A stretch of DNA of 59,994 nt, the filler included, from Sluysia triapertura (Eukaryota), in assembly GCA_046118255.1 (NCBI GenBank). It is 4 parts of 4 records of this genome, joined end to end, with 100 filler letters (N's around TTAATTAATTAA, not from the genome) between each part and the next. Parts side by side here need not be neighbours in the genome. Positions count along the whole stretch, not along the records: positions 19,855 to 32,139 come from JBJNIA010123303.1; positions 32,240 to 46,804 come from JBJNIA010254966.1; 2 more parts are not named here. One strand, given 5' to 3'. Below are positions 23,755 through 38,400 of the stretch, piece after piece (position 1 is the stretch's first letter; each line of letters opens with the position of its first letter). The translations under genes and the position numbers were made by a program. Under the pieces are notes generated by a model. The model was not told the DNA's origin, searched no databases, and was given only the letters and a program-made list of their open reading frames with translations.

Positions 23755-26700
23755 TTTTTCGAATATATAAAGCCAGTCATTTAAAGCAACAAAATCTTTA
23801 TTGGAAGGCTTAACTGCGATTTAATTGGAAAACCGGTGGATCTAAGATAACGAAAAGCTTGGTGAACACCTATATTAAATTGGTATTGCATTCTCGTTTG
23901 ATACAGACTGTGCTAAGATTTCATTCCTTATTGAGATAAACTTCAATGTCCTTTCTAAAAATTTGTAAATTAAATTGAATAATAAACTTTTATCAGTTTG
24001 AACTTTACTTGAACAATTTATATCAAACAAAATGGTCTTTCTTGAATACTTCTCGAATTTTTTTTAAATAAGTTTAGAAACTATGAAATCTTTATTAATT
24101 TTTTTAATTGTAAATAATTTTTCCAAAAAAAGGTTTATTCATTCAAAAGGTCTCCTGTTTCGTGGGATTATTAAATTGTGAAAAAAATGCCCAAATGCGG
24201 GGATCGTAGTAAATAAAAATAAATATTTTTATTATAGTAAATAATATTAATAATTTTATTTAATTTTGTAAAATATTTAAATTTATTTAGTTTTTTAATA
24301 TTTTGTTAGTCTTTATAGGTGCCATAACAAAAAAATTGATGTGAAATTATATGTTGACTTCGAGACATATACTTAGCAATTTTATTTTGTAACATTTACT
24401 ATTTTTTATGTAATGGAAACCATTTTCATCATTGCACAACTAGATACGACTGCTACTTTGTAATCTGCCTGACTATTTTGTGTATAATATTAGAATAAAT
24501 TTTATATTTCAAGGTTTAGATTTGGTTTAATGAGTGAAACTTTTAATTTACGTTAAGTGAAAGTACGGTTGATTTAATGATAATTGTTTATTTCTTAGTT
24601 CTAAGTTACCATAAGGTTACAAAGCCTTTTTGTACGGAAATTCATGTGGTTTTGCTCAACAAGTTTTTTAACTCGTTTTTATCCAATATTTACTCTAATG
24701 GAACCTAAAAATGATATTTCAAAAAGATTCTTAATTCCTTTTCAAGTAGTATCTAGGATAGAATAGATTAAAGAAGCCAGTTTTTTTATTGTTATTTCTT
24801 AAGCTTTTTTTTAATTCACAAATAAACCTAACTTGCTTGGCACATTATATAATTTACTTATTCTGGGTTCGGGTTATAATCCACGACTAATGTGGCCTGT
24901 CCTAAAATATTAAATAACTTTTAACTTAATTTGTTTTGCGTCTCTACATTTTATATTCACTTATCTTCATAATATTAATTTTTTATTATGGTTTATAATT
25001 TAACTTATAAAACGCATTAGGATTGTAATTTTAAAAAATCTATAAACTTCTTACTAAAAACCTTTCTAAAATTACAAGAAACTGAAATTATTTTGATATT
25101 ATCTATTAACGTTTTTTGACTCATTAATAAATGAATAAATTTACGTCATACATAAATTTTATTTAAAATTTCAACCAAATCATCAATTAGTAACAAAAGA
25201 AATGATTTTAGAGTAGTTATTCGACAGTTTTTGTTATTTTAATAATGAATTTAAGTATTGTAGACTACTTCAAATTTCATTTGTTTTTTTACGTGATTAA
25301 TTTGATTTTGTTTAATAACATCTTTTTTAAAATTACTCATTTATTTTAATAAATCAACCAAATACTTTGTGCCTTTGGGATTAAATAAATCAGTTGGAAT
25401 TACTAAATCATATGAACAAGACTATGTTAAATCTAAAGATATGTATCCTTGAGAATTTTTTGTCGCATCAGAAAGAATTTATTAAATAAGATTTAATGTA
25501 CAAAAAGCTTGTTTTGTACAAAATCTAGAACCGTTTGATAATATAAATTTTTAAAAGTACTAAATAATGTACATTTAAATTACATGTAGTGTGATTCCAT
25601 GATCCCCATATCCATTGTAATCTTTAACAAATATTCAGATTTTGTTAATTACGTTAAACCAACTTAACCGTCACCACGTTCATGTTAATATATTTTATTT
25701 AAATTTTTAAACTTATTATTTTGCAATAATTTAGAGTATTTTGCCATTCATGGGGCCTTTTATTTAAATTTTTACATGTTTGACTATAAACTATTTATAT
25801 TGATTTATAAACTATTTTATTTATATTGATTTTACTAGAGCAAATTTATTTTTCCTTAAGCATCGCGATAGTTTTTCATTATGGAGTAACTGCCCCATGA
25901 TTTACTGTGGTGCTTTTTAGGTACACTGGATAGAATGCTCAAAATAGTTTCAATATTCCATACTAATTCTAACCATGCGTAATATGACTTGTTACATCTG
26001 CGGTTCGTTATGGATTAACAATCAAGTTAAAAGCAAAAGTTCTTGCAAATTCTTCTTTATTTTTAGTAATTTATTTTTGAAAAACGTCAAGTCAAGTTTT
26101 TTTGCACAATCTATTTTTAGCAACATCACCATACAATCTATCTTAACTATATGCACAACCACATTTGACTCTGAGAATAAATGACGCACATTTATATAGC
26201 TCAGCCTGAAAACACTGGCATGACTCAAACTTATCTATCCATTTATTATTTTTAGTAACACGCACATATCTCGAGAAAAGATGTAAGAACTCTAGACAAA
26301 GAAAAGCCTTAGATACCATTTTGGGTAGGTGGGTCTGTGAGGTTTCCTTTGAGATTTCCAACCGCACAATTACACACAATCAATAATTTAATTATAATAT
26401 AATTTCGAAAACTAATGTGTATTTGCACATTTTTATAATTATTAATGTTATATTTTTAAAAAAGATATATTTTGCATACAAATACTTAAAACTATTTTTA
26501 TTATTCATTTGTGAACTTTAACAAAACAGTTAATTTTCCCGTTTTAATGTAACAATAAATAATTTTTCTAACGATTTCTACAAAATTATAAGAATAACTA
26601 AAATAAATTATAAAAGATATTCTTAAAATCTATTAAATCAGTTACATAATTTGAGTATAAACGTCGTAAAAAGAAATTATTCATAATGATTATTTTTGAA

Positions 26701-27369
26701 TGCTTAAATTATTTTATGAATTTTACAATTACGGCTCAGAAATACTCTAGTAATCATATAAATACGAAATCATGCATCAAAATTATAAAATTCCACCGCA
26801 AAATATGATGACAATGTATTAGAATGTCTGATAAAAAGATTAAATTATTTAAATTATGACTGGGTAATTTGTACTACACTATTGAAATTGTTAACATATT
26901 TCTTCGAACTAACTTTATCAAAAGTTGTGATTCAGCCAAAACAGCCCTTGATTGATTTATCTGCTACGTTTCCAGAAGTTTTGGTAACGAATGATTATAT
27001 CCTTAACTCAAACTTACTGTTATACAAACTTGTTAGTGCACAGTCTTTGTGTTTCATTTGATGTAAATTTGATCATTCTGTTATTTAGGATCACTTGACC
27101 CAAAAATTTAATATAATGTTTGCCCGTCCTTAAGCCGACAATAAATTGTTTTAAATGAATTTAATCTTGTAGAAACTAAAGGTAATAAGAATGTAGTTTA
27201 TCTAATTGTATATTTCGACAATAAATACATAAGTTTTAATCCTGACATCAGCAAGATTTTGAATCCGTAAATTTTCTAAAGTGAATCTATTCAATTTTAT
27301 TAATATTAGTTAGAATGATGTCATTATTTCTATTTCGTAGCTCATTCACAATTTTATCTTTATCTGTGA

Positions 27370-27615
27370 TTGTGGATGTGAAATTTTACTATTATTTTAT
27401 TATCTAGTCTCCAAAAATACACTTGACATGCTTTCGAATTAACGAAAACATAAGCTATCATAGGCCCATCCCACATAAACTCAGAATTTGATTTTTCTTT
27501 AAATTTAAAACAAATAAAATTACAAAATTTAAATTTTTTGAAAAATGGGGCATTTTCACCAAACACCAATAATTCTGCAACATTTCGAATTGATTTGGTT
27601 ATATTTAATCCAGAC
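27370..27615 (-). CDS. Putative exon(s) of an unidentified spliced gene
   Basis: The acceptor TTTCATAG opens the frame SGLNITKSIRNVAELLVFGENAPFFKKFKF...EFMWDGPMIAYVFVNSKACQVYFWRLDNK. A possible 27-nt GT..AG intron lies inside. No family recognised. Confidence 0.3.
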
Positions 27616-29199
27616 TATGAAATTAAATAAAATTATTTAAAATATTATTGATTGAAAAATTTAAATCAATATGTGCAAGGTAGATTTTGTGTTTTTATTT
27701 GTGTTTTTGTGTTTGCGGTATAAACATTAATTTTTTTGTTCATTCATTGTAAATATGATCATTATAATCCGTTTAGGATTGCATTCATAACGTCAATTAA
27801 ATCCAAAAATATCCTTGTGCGTTTTCGATTGGTTTTGTAGTTCTAATTTTAATTATGAATAATTTCTGTTAGTCGAATAACTGAACTCAGGTTTTTTTGA
27901 TAATGTTTTATCTTATTTTATAGTATCTTTTAATATTGACTTAATGTTTTCGTTGCTGTGTACATATACGTAAATTGCAGATATAATACTAAATATTTGA
28001 AAATATTAATATTAATTCGTTTTTGATTTCTCTAAATCTCGCATTAGAATTATTCTGTGTATTGATGAAGTTAAATTGGGTATTACTGAGATTGGTGTGA
28101 TTTTATATAAAAATTTAGGCTTATATTCTTGATTATTGCTCTAAAACTAATATTATTTACGATTCGCTCGAAACTTTTAATCATGAATAACAATATTCTA
28201 GTTTTTCATATTCACGTAAATAATCAACTATACTAGACAATTATTCTAAATTATTATTGATAATTGCAATCATATAGAATCTGTAAAAATATATTCGCAT
28301 ATGCATATTTTTCAGGTTCATCCATTATGCCTATTTTTGAGAGATTCACCTCTGTGTCGATGATTAGTGTTAAATTTATCACTTGGATACTTTGAATTAA
28401 ATGGTTTTAGAACAAAGGATTTTCAACTTAATGTTTTATTTAAAATAAAAGTTTGATATTACTTTTGTTCCATATAGCCTTGAAATGTTTATTCAATCTA
28501 AGAGTGTGTTTTTAAGAATTCATTGTTAACGTTTTTTATAGTAGAGGTGTCCACATTATGTAGTAAGTTTTATTTGAAGTTCAGCTCTTAGTTTTTTTTA
28601 TCTTTTTTTAGTTTTTAACTTGTAATTTTATTTTTCAATAAACTCTGTAAAATAATTTGCATTTCCTTATTCGTGACACATGACACTTTCGCGTGATTTT
28701 AGTTACTTGAAATCAATTGCAAAACTTCGTTTTTTACTAAAAAGTACTGACGATTAGAAAATAAAAATGAGGCATAGAATAATGCATCTGTGAATCATAT
28801 TGATAGAAAATGATTTTATATTGATGTTACTTAAGTATATAAATAGTTGTAGGTGGTTTTGGGATTTACAACTTAGAAATCTTGAGGTTGTCCTCAGATT
28901 AAAACATTGTTCTCTCTACAAATACAGTCAAAGCTATTGGTGCATTATTAGGTCTAAAAGAAACACCAATGACTAAGATTTTTTTAAAAGTTAATTTTGT
29001 TAATGTGTTCGATAATTAATTAACGAGTTTGCCATAATTAAATAGAAACATAATGAAATAAATTGTATCGAGTTTTTGTCTCCAATGCCATTAATTGAAA
29101 ATACAAAGAATTTACATTTATATTTCATTGAAAAATTGTCAATAGAATAATTATACAATAATACATTTACCATAAATTATTAAGCACTATTTATTTCAG

Positions 29200-29558
29200 C
29201 AAATTCTACTCTTCAGTTTCAGCAGAATGATTATTTTCGCCAAGGACAAGCTTTAGATACTATTTCAAGCGAACAACAAACTTTAGATGATGTTCAACGT
29301 ATTGAAACGGATATGCTAAAAATTAATGAAATGTTTACTAGTCTAGCTGGATTTGTTCATGAACAACGAGAATTAACAGATCGTATAGAAGCAAATGTTG
29401 AAGAATCTTACTCTAAAGTTGAAAGCGGAAATCAACAATTAGCTAAAGCAGTGACACACAGAAGACAAGTTACAAAAAAGAAATTTATAATAATAATTGT
29501 TGCTACTGTTATATTACTTCTTTTGATCATTATTATATATTTTTCCGTTAAAAATTAA
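29200..29558 (+). CDS. Terminal exon of a syntaxin-7/12-like Qa-SNARE (SNARE motif plus C-terminal TM helix)
   Basis: Acceptor TTATTTCAG ends at 29199. VQRIETDMLKINEMFTSLAGFVHEQRELTDRIEANVEESYSKVESGNQQLAKAVTHRR is followed by the hydrophobic tail FIIIIVATVILLLLIIIIYF; the zero-layer Q is in HEQ. Upstream Habc exons were not identified. Confidence 0.88.
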
Positions 29559-29830
29559 ATATATTGTTAATGATGCCATCTGTAATCAAGTTGAATTTTA
29601 ATTTTAACCTATGTGGTTCAAAATAAAGTGTATTTACTACAAATGAACATCCTAATTCGTTTAAATTACATTTATTAATAATTTGTTTAGATTTTTAGAG
29701 TTACATGTAATATTGGTAATTTACAGAAATAATTTCTATCGTTAATGTTGTTTTTATATAATAACGATCATATTTGGAATATTTGCTAAATTAAATTTTT
29801 GTAAATTCAATTATAAAATTATAGAAACTA

Positions 29831-29959
29831 TTAATCCATTCGCGTCAAGAGTTAACAGGATTTATTAAATAATTCAAAAGTAATCACGTCTCGTGAATCT
29901 AGAACTAATAAGTAACGCTTTGAATACGTTATTAAAAATTTGGTGCGTTAATGGGTCAA
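29831..29959. mobile_element. Degenerate piggyBac-type MITE
   Basis: TTAATCCATTCGCGTCAA and TTGGTGCGTTAATGGGTCAA form imperfect terminal inverted repeats, with internal short palindromes. Confidence 0.35.
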
Positions 29960-32025
29960 TGTCATATATTAGAGATTTCGCGCATAAAATTATTTTTTAA
30001 TGAGTAATTTCAGAATAACTTAAAAATCAAACTTATGCTTGAATAGCAATCACAGTGGTGCATAAGTTCTAAAAGTTAAAATTTAGAATAAAATTCTGGC
30101 GTTTTTATTGGTAGTGCTTTGAATTTAAATTCAGTGAAAGTTCAAGTAGTTTTAGTTTTAGGAATATTGAAGGAATTAATTCAAATAAATTAATTTTTAA
30201 ATAAGAAAAATATTTTAATAAACAAATTTTAATTAATATTTTAAATAAATATTAAACATATTTAATATTAAAGATAAAGATGTTAAAAGTAAACAAGACC
30301 AAATCATGTCATTTCAGCACCGGCGAAATTCAAAGCATGTTAGAAAGATTGCCGAAAATGTCCGCTTAGCTTTTAAACATTTTAGTATGGTTTTTTATTG
30401 TAAAAATAACATTTTCAAATTTAGTTATGCTGATACGAATTTTGTCATTATTTTTACTTTTAATATTGCGACAAACTAGATTCCCTTTTAAATCTAGTTT
30501 GAGATAAGGTATTTTTTAGATATCATAAATTTCTAATTATTGATTGCACATAAGATTTAATGACCATGTGCATATTATCAAAATTCAATGCAAAGTTTCT
30601 CGATAATCTATATCTTGACTTACACTAATTGATTCGTCATTACAGTGTGCAAAACTTGATGCATCGTTTTTAATATTTTCATTAATTGTATCAAATAAAC
30701 CATAATAAATTTCAGTAAATCAGTGAAAATTTTATCCCTATGAAATCCAAGTTGTTTCTTTGAGATAAGGTTTTTGACAAATAGGATAAATTGAATTTGA
30801 TTTTTATAGAACACTGTTGATGTCCAAACTAAGACTGATGACTCGACTGAAATTTGTTTTACATGTATTTTTGATTCTGATCACTCGTATTTGCATCAGA
30901 TATGAGACAAACGCTTGATGTATTTACACCTGGAGTACAGTATTTGGTTGAATAAAAAATTCAACCTACAGTGAACAAAAAGCTACCTATTTTTTTCATA
31001 TTATTATTATTATTATTATTAGTATTAGTATTACGATTATTATTACTATTACGATTGCTATTACCATTACTATTGTTGGGGTTGTCAAAAAATAAAATGA
31101 CTTAAAGGATTTTGCAGCATGAAGGTGAAGGGATCAATATTTTATAAAGTTTAACAAAAAATTTATAGGTTTATTAATTAATTTAATTAGCATTATTTGA
31201 AAATCATTTTTAATCAATAATTTCCTTTACGGTGTTTGCATAGGAATGGGTATCACATAGTAAAACACAATCATGAAATATATCATTGTTATGAACACCA
31301 AAATAGTTCATAAATCATCAGTTTTAATTAATTTTCTTTATTATAAAGTTAAATTTCTATGTTTTGTGATGAAAGTTTATATAATAAAGTGTATAAAAAA
31401 TTAGTGCTTATTAAAAGATCATTCTAAATGTGTTATTGAAATTGATGTGGTACGTGTTGCGTATTATAACAAAAGTTATATTTTATTAGATTTATATTCA
31501 ATTTAAGTTAATGTATTGTTGTATTGATAAGTATTATTATAACTGTTACGATTTTATACTTAATAATACTATCAAATCAATATCGGATAATTTATTTAAC
31601 AAAATCTCTATAATTTCGATAGTCACTAAATCCAATATAAAATTATCACAAATTTTCTTATTTAAAAATTATGTTAATTTAACTCAAAAAAGTAAGCTTT
31701 TAAAATCAAATCAATAATAATAATTTAATGATTACAAAGGTCAAATACAAATTACTGGTATAAGTCCTCACTGAACAGTGATAAAAATAAGTAAAATTAT
31801 AGAATTAACAATAACGTTTGGAATAATATTGAGGGCACAGCAATCTATATAACAAAACACTAAAAATATCAATATCTGGAAAGTTTATAATAACGATAAT
31901 GCTTAAATATTTTTAGATAATATAACAAAAATTTTGGCAGGGATCCTTCCTAAAATTTAACAGTAATATCTAAAGTAAAAGATAAAATATTTAATTTCTT
32001 AAAAATAAATTGTAGAATATTCTCC

Positions 32026-32079
<54 letters not shown>
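32026..32079. repeat. (AAT)n microsatellite
   Basis: Perfect AAT run near the contig end. Confidence 0.97.
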
Positions 32080-32080
<1 letters not shown>

Positions 32081-32139
32081 TTGGGATTGCCCAACTGAGG
32101 ATCTGGAGATGAATGAACATATGTAAAATCATAAAATGA

Positions 32140-32239
32140 NNNNNNNNNNNNNNNNNNNNNNNNNNNNNNNNNNNNNNNNNNNNTTAATTAATTAANNNNN
32201 NNNNNNNNNNNNNNNNNNNNNNNNNNNNNNNNNNNNNNN
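32140..32239. other. Artificial contig linker 44N-TTAATTAATTAA-44N
   Basis: Same 100-nt structure. Confidence 0.97.
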
Positions 32240-35200
32240 GTTTTTATTATTATTTTATATTTTATTTGTGGTAACAACATTTATGTTGTGTAACCCCTGA
32301 GATTTTTAAAGAGTTCAATAGTAATTTATTAGAGAATTTGATTAACTATACAAAAGGTTTGATTCATATAACTATAACTGTGATATAAAGATTTGTGTTA
32401 TAAGATTTAATTTGTATAATTGTTATATAAAAATATATAGAGATTCAGTTTTATTTGATTTTTAGTTATTAAAGATTTTTAGTTACGAAGAAACGCAACG
32501 CATGGAAGGCCTTAATATTGAGCAAAGTCAAATTTTTATAATTTTTAATTATGGAATGTTGAATTTTTTATACTTAGAGTGATGCAAATGTAATGAATGG
32601 AATATGAGATTGCGAGTGTTTTTCTTAAAAGAACTTAATTTACTTGCAACATATCTGATGAGTCGGTCCGCCTAATATATACGATTTATACCACTAGTGG
32701 AAACGTATTATTAGGATTTTCATTGCTTATATTTAACTTAAGAACTTTAATGACTTTTTCTTATACCCTCAGTGCAACAATAATTAACTCAAAAATTCTT
32801 CAATAAATTTAATTAATTCAATTACGGATTTTATATTTACGCAACTCGTATTAAGGTGTTTCTTTAGAAAACAATATTTTACTTTAAATAAAAGTCTTTA
32901 AGCACTTAAAGTGTGTTAACCAAAAAATATGTCTTACAATATTAACCAAAAAACAATGCCAACAACAAAGAAAAATTAAACTTATAATAACGATACTCAA
33001 TTTAGAAAACTCAACCTCGGTTGGTTTTTCGTATAAATTTTAAGATTAGGTTTCGCAACCCGTATTAAGGTGTTGCATAAAAGTTAAAGTGATTTTAAGT
33101 AGATTTTTTGTTTCCTATTACAGTGAAACATAAAAACTTATATAAAAATTAATTACATTGTTAACATGGACTTTAAATTCTAATAAGGAATTCTTCTTTA
33201 TATAAATTGTAAAAACTTTAACTTCAAATTTGGCTTTCTATTTTCTTAAATTTTTTTAATTTTAAATAACATTTAACTATTTATAGTGATTTTCTTTTTC
33301 AACATGGCTTCTAATATTTAAAATAATTAATATTTTTAATGTATTCCTAAAATAATTCATGAAAACAAAAAAATTTTTACTCTATTTTTTAAATTTTATA
33401 AATTATTTAATATATCAATTAATTTAATATACTAATTATCTAATTTTATTGAAATTTTAATTTTTTAATTTACTTATTTAAATTCCATGTTAATTTTTTA
33501 TATTTTAAATTTTAATGTTTTATAATAACAAATGTTAATATAATAATAATAATAATTAATTAACATCAAAATTTTACACAAATTTACATAAAAATAAATT
33601 ACACTCTAACTAGATGATTGCAATAAAGAGAAGAATCTATAAGTGAGTTCGAAATGTTTGTAAAATGGTTCGTTTGAGAATAAGAAACTTAAAACATTCT
33701 TCATTGGAAAATTGGGTGTGAAAAATAAAAAATTAATTAAATCCTAAAAAGTGAAATTAAATTCATTATTTTATGTATGTTAATAATATTGTTGATTGTT
33801 ATTTTAATGTAAGAAGTAATTTAAGTAAAAATAGATTGAGTAGAGAAAATGATGGATGATAATAAATTAGATTTTTATGTTTTGTACTTAATAAAGTTTG
33901 ACAGACCGTACCATGTAATTGTCAAAATTGTCATTGTCGGTCTGATTCTCAAAGAGGTTTGGATGATTTGTATGAGAGAGTGTTTGATTGTGAGATTGTA
34001 AATTGATTGGATGATGAGAGAGTATAAAATAAAGATTTCTAAATCTTTACAACACAATAACAAGATAACAGTAATGACAATGATGATGATAGATATGAAA
34101 ATCCATGCTTAGGGTAAGGTATTTAATTTTGTTATTTTATTTATTGTTAAAATAATAGTTTTATTTTTAAAATATTAAATTTGTTAAAATTAAAGTGTTT
34201 TTTCTGGAATTTTGTTATTGTTTAGGGAAAGATTCCTTTCGTTGTTTTATTTTAAATAATTAAATTAATTATCATTTTTAAGGTATTTTAGCATCATTTC
34301 GGGAAAGATTCAATTCGTTATTTTATTTTAAAATATTCAGTTTATTTCTTGTTTTAAGGAATTTTATTATCACCTAGCAGGAATCTCCCTTTTAAGATAT
34401 AATAGTTATCCAACATTAAAATTCTGAATTTCCTGGATACTGATATTCTTAATCTGTTGCGTCACTCCTGGTTGTTTTGTTTTAAAGAAATTGTAATATC
34501 CTCGTCATTATTGTAAACGCTATTTTTACTTTTGTTATTTTAGTTTCATTTTGTGAAGACTCATATTAATAATAAATTCTATTTTGGTTTTTATTTAATA
34601 GTACATTATTGTTTTAGTTTTGATTTGATTGTCAAGAAATTTAAATTTGGTATAAAAGTTATTGGTACAGATATAAAAGAAGATTACGGTAAAATTATAC
34701 TTGATTTACTAATTATTGAAATTATTAAGGTTTAATCTGATCAAGATAATAATATTGAGTTTTAATAATTAACAATTTTTAAAGACGCAACAGTAGGTAA
34801 GTTCAATTTTTAGATAAAATACTTGCAAATACATAATATTGACTATAGGCTAATTCGAAATTTTTATTATATTTTATAAGTATAAGAATTAAATAATAAA
34901 ATTGACACTTGCAATGTACTTATTGGTTATACCGTAAAATTCGGTGTATAAGCTGCTGCATTTTACCTCAAGTGTTTAAACATTCTCAATAAATATATTA
35001 AAATTTTTGCTAATTACATTCAGCATACAGGTGAACATATTAATTTTTAAAAATATTTTCTAGATGTGACTTAAACTGATGCGTTTTACAGACGAAACGT
35101 ACATTATTAGAAAAACTAAATAATACTACGATGTTAGAAATGGCATATATTTTTGCTTATTATTGAATAAAGAAAGAAATTTTTAAAGAAACTGTGTGCA

Positions 35201-35401
35201 AAACAAATAAATCATGAATTTTACTTGCTAAATAATTTGAGTAAATTTAATGAAATAACTAATTACTTATATTGTCTTTTATTGATAACTAATCTAATAA
35301 TTTGTTTAAATATTCCATTCTATAATATAAAATAAAAAAGCAATTTAAAATTAAAAGTTTTCATTTTCCGTTCAGAATTTTGTTTAAAATATTTAGTATT
35401 G

Positions 35402-38400
35402 ATGTCATCGCATAAAAGTGATTTTAATCTGCTAGCTGCTGAAGTAGATATTTATATATGATTTAATTTTTTAGGCTGATGATCAACGCCAACGAGAGCT
35501 AATTACAAAACACGAAGCACAACGTCTTAAATTGGAACGAGATAAAAGAAATAGTGAATCACAGAATGATGACATTATTGATGTTTGTCAAATTTTCATA
35601 ATTTATTTTAAATTAGGATTTTCATACATCTTCGTTAGGAAGTCGAAATGTTTCAAACGAACTTGTTCAATCAGATATTAAAATTAGAAATTTAGAAGAA
35701 AACAATGAAAATAAAATTAAAATTGCTTTCTTGGAAAATCAAAGGGAATTTTTGACGTTAGTAATTCATAATTCGTTTTTTAACTTATTTTAAATCTTTT
35801 AATTGGTTTCGATAGGTTTTTTCTGCACAATTATTAAGTTTATTATATTTGTATTTCTAGAGTTAATATGCTTTAAAACCTTGAACTGTTTTGTTAATAG
35901 TAGAATTTATTAGAACAGAGTTAATTTAATATATAATTTGAATATAAATGTTTTGAATATATACTTAAATATGTACATTTTGAATCACTTGACACGATCA
36001 TATGAATAAATGTAAGTAATAAAAATATAGGTTAATGTGACGGTAATTATGTAGAGTGAACATATTTTCATTTATAATTAATAAATCTTAAATATAATTA
36101 TTTGTAGTTATGAAATTATTTAAGCCCATAAGTATTGTAAGCTTTTAAATATTTTTAAATTATTTACTTTAAATTATAATAGGTACTCTGTATTACATTA
36201 TAATAATATAGTTTTTGTAATTATTTTGAAGGATTTTATTCTCACAATTATTTAATAATTGATAGATTTTGTGCTTGCAATTTAGGAAATAATTAAATGT
36301 ATCTTTGATTGAATAAAACATGTTTTTTTCGTATTTTACTCTTATGTTATTTCATAAATTCCATTCAATAATTTTTAATTTTGGTTAACATTCATTTGAG
36401 GAATCAATAACTTCAAAATGGTTAAGAAACACTGCATTATAATATATATTTAATATTGGTATAAGTTATAGATGCTTTACCGATTCAATTTATTTTCTGT
36501 AATTACTATTTAGGTACAAATATTGATTTTCATTTTAGGTTTTCAATTTTAGGTAACGTTATTTAGAATTATGGTTGAATTTCAGTAATATACAGGGGTT
36601 TGCAAAAGTAGATATACAGTAATAAAAAAGAGAAAGCACTGCATATATCATACAAACAAACTAATGTTGTATAAACAAATAAGAAGCATGTGTAATAAGA
36701 ATAACTTGTAATAAGAAGCTTGTCAATAAATTGATGTTGATAAAATTCTTTGTTCTAGAGTGTTCGTTCACAATTAGAAGAGTATGCCAACGCTGACGGC
36801 AATCAATTTGAGTACCTGAGAGATTAGAGCTTGTTTACAAGTTTTTCTTATTACACGTGCTTCTTATTATTGAAATAATTATCAATATTGCACATATTAA
36901 AAATGATTTTAAATTTTTTTACTAAAATATTTTTGAAAAATTGAAAACATGCATTTCAGAGAGTGAAATAATAATTTTCTCATTAACAATTTACTGAAAT
37001 GTTGATTAGAAATTTGTACTATCACGATCGATTGCAATAACACTGGATTATTTATAACTTAACAGATAATTTTTATTTTAATCCTTAACGAAAATCGTGT
37101 TAATATTGTAGACCCCTATAAACTAAATGTATTTATTTAACTCAAACACTAAAATTGAACTTGAGTAGCTAAGATGAAACTTTAGCAATGATTTGTAATA
37201 TTTTTATAAGCATTAAAACCCATTTATAAAAACGAAAACCCATTTATAAAAACGAAAACCCATTTATGTTCATTTCAGTGCTATTCGTTCTTGATGTTTC
37301 TCTAGATTTTGTAATTTAATTGAATAAATCCAGCTTAGATGCTTCAACATTTGTAACTCAATAGCACCATACTTTTGAAAAACAGCTGTATAATTTATAA
37401 ATCGCTAACTAGTAAATTTAATATTATTGCAGAATCACCTAAAAAGTAAAGATTAATTAACTTTATCACTGAATATATACTTTAAAGCTATTTAATTCGT
37501 TTATTTACTTTTACATTGAATTTTTGAGACGAGATATTGTAGGAGATATTACATATATTAACCAAAACATTTTTTAAACAATCATGTTTCAAATTTATGT
37601 CAAGTTTAAACATTTTTACGTCATTTAAAAGGTTTATTTAAAGTTTATTTAATTACATTGAAAATCACATCCTAAATTTTGAATCACTTATGCAAATTTT
37701 GTGTGAAAGTATTTATTATTTTAATATTAATATAAATTAATTTTTACGTTTATACAAATTATTAGATGTTTATGGGTTTAATGATAATATAATTAAACAA
37801 TTAAAAATTGAAGAACTTAGCAAATCAAAACAAGTATAAGGTTATCCAATATGAAATTATCAAAATTGGCACCCATATAAAATTCAAGAAATTCAGATTG
37901 TTTTAAATTGTATAACTCATTAATATATAATTAGATATTTCACGATTCTTTAAAATGGTTCAGGTGTTTTGATAAAGTTAAAACAATGTGGAAGGTGAAG
38001 TAGTGCGTTATAACTGATTTCGTGTAATTGAATAAATGATATTTAAAACATGTTTTTGTTTGTTAATCATTGAAAGACTTATCTACAAATTTCATATTTC
38101 GTAAATTCTTTACAATACCAGTCTGAATCAATATTAAAGACATTTTCTAGGTAATTGGATAATGTCACCATACATTTGGTTTATGTATCTTAAGTTTTGT
38201 TTACTAAGTCTGTTACCACGGTCTTCCAATTTACCGAACTATTTATAGCTTTATGATTCAGGCGTTACAGCTACATAGTCATAAAACCTATATTTTTGTT
38301 TGTCATCGAATCATGTTCAAGTTTCCATTTGTACGAATGAATCATGTTCAAAACATTAATAAACAATAAAATAACCTTTATTTTTATAAAATCATAAAAT

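Noticed and set aside
32655-32716. CTGATGAG...GAAAC with a hairpin as a hammerhead ribozyme
   Set aside because: The hairpin (CCTAATATATACG/CGTATTATTAGG) encloses GAAAC instead of forming stem II, so the topology is wrong.
35068-35110. Hammerhead-ribozyme-like CTGATGC-GTTTTACAGAC-GAAAC
   Set aside because: The conserved A of CUGAUGA is C, stem III has a mismatch and stem I does not form; at best a dead relic.
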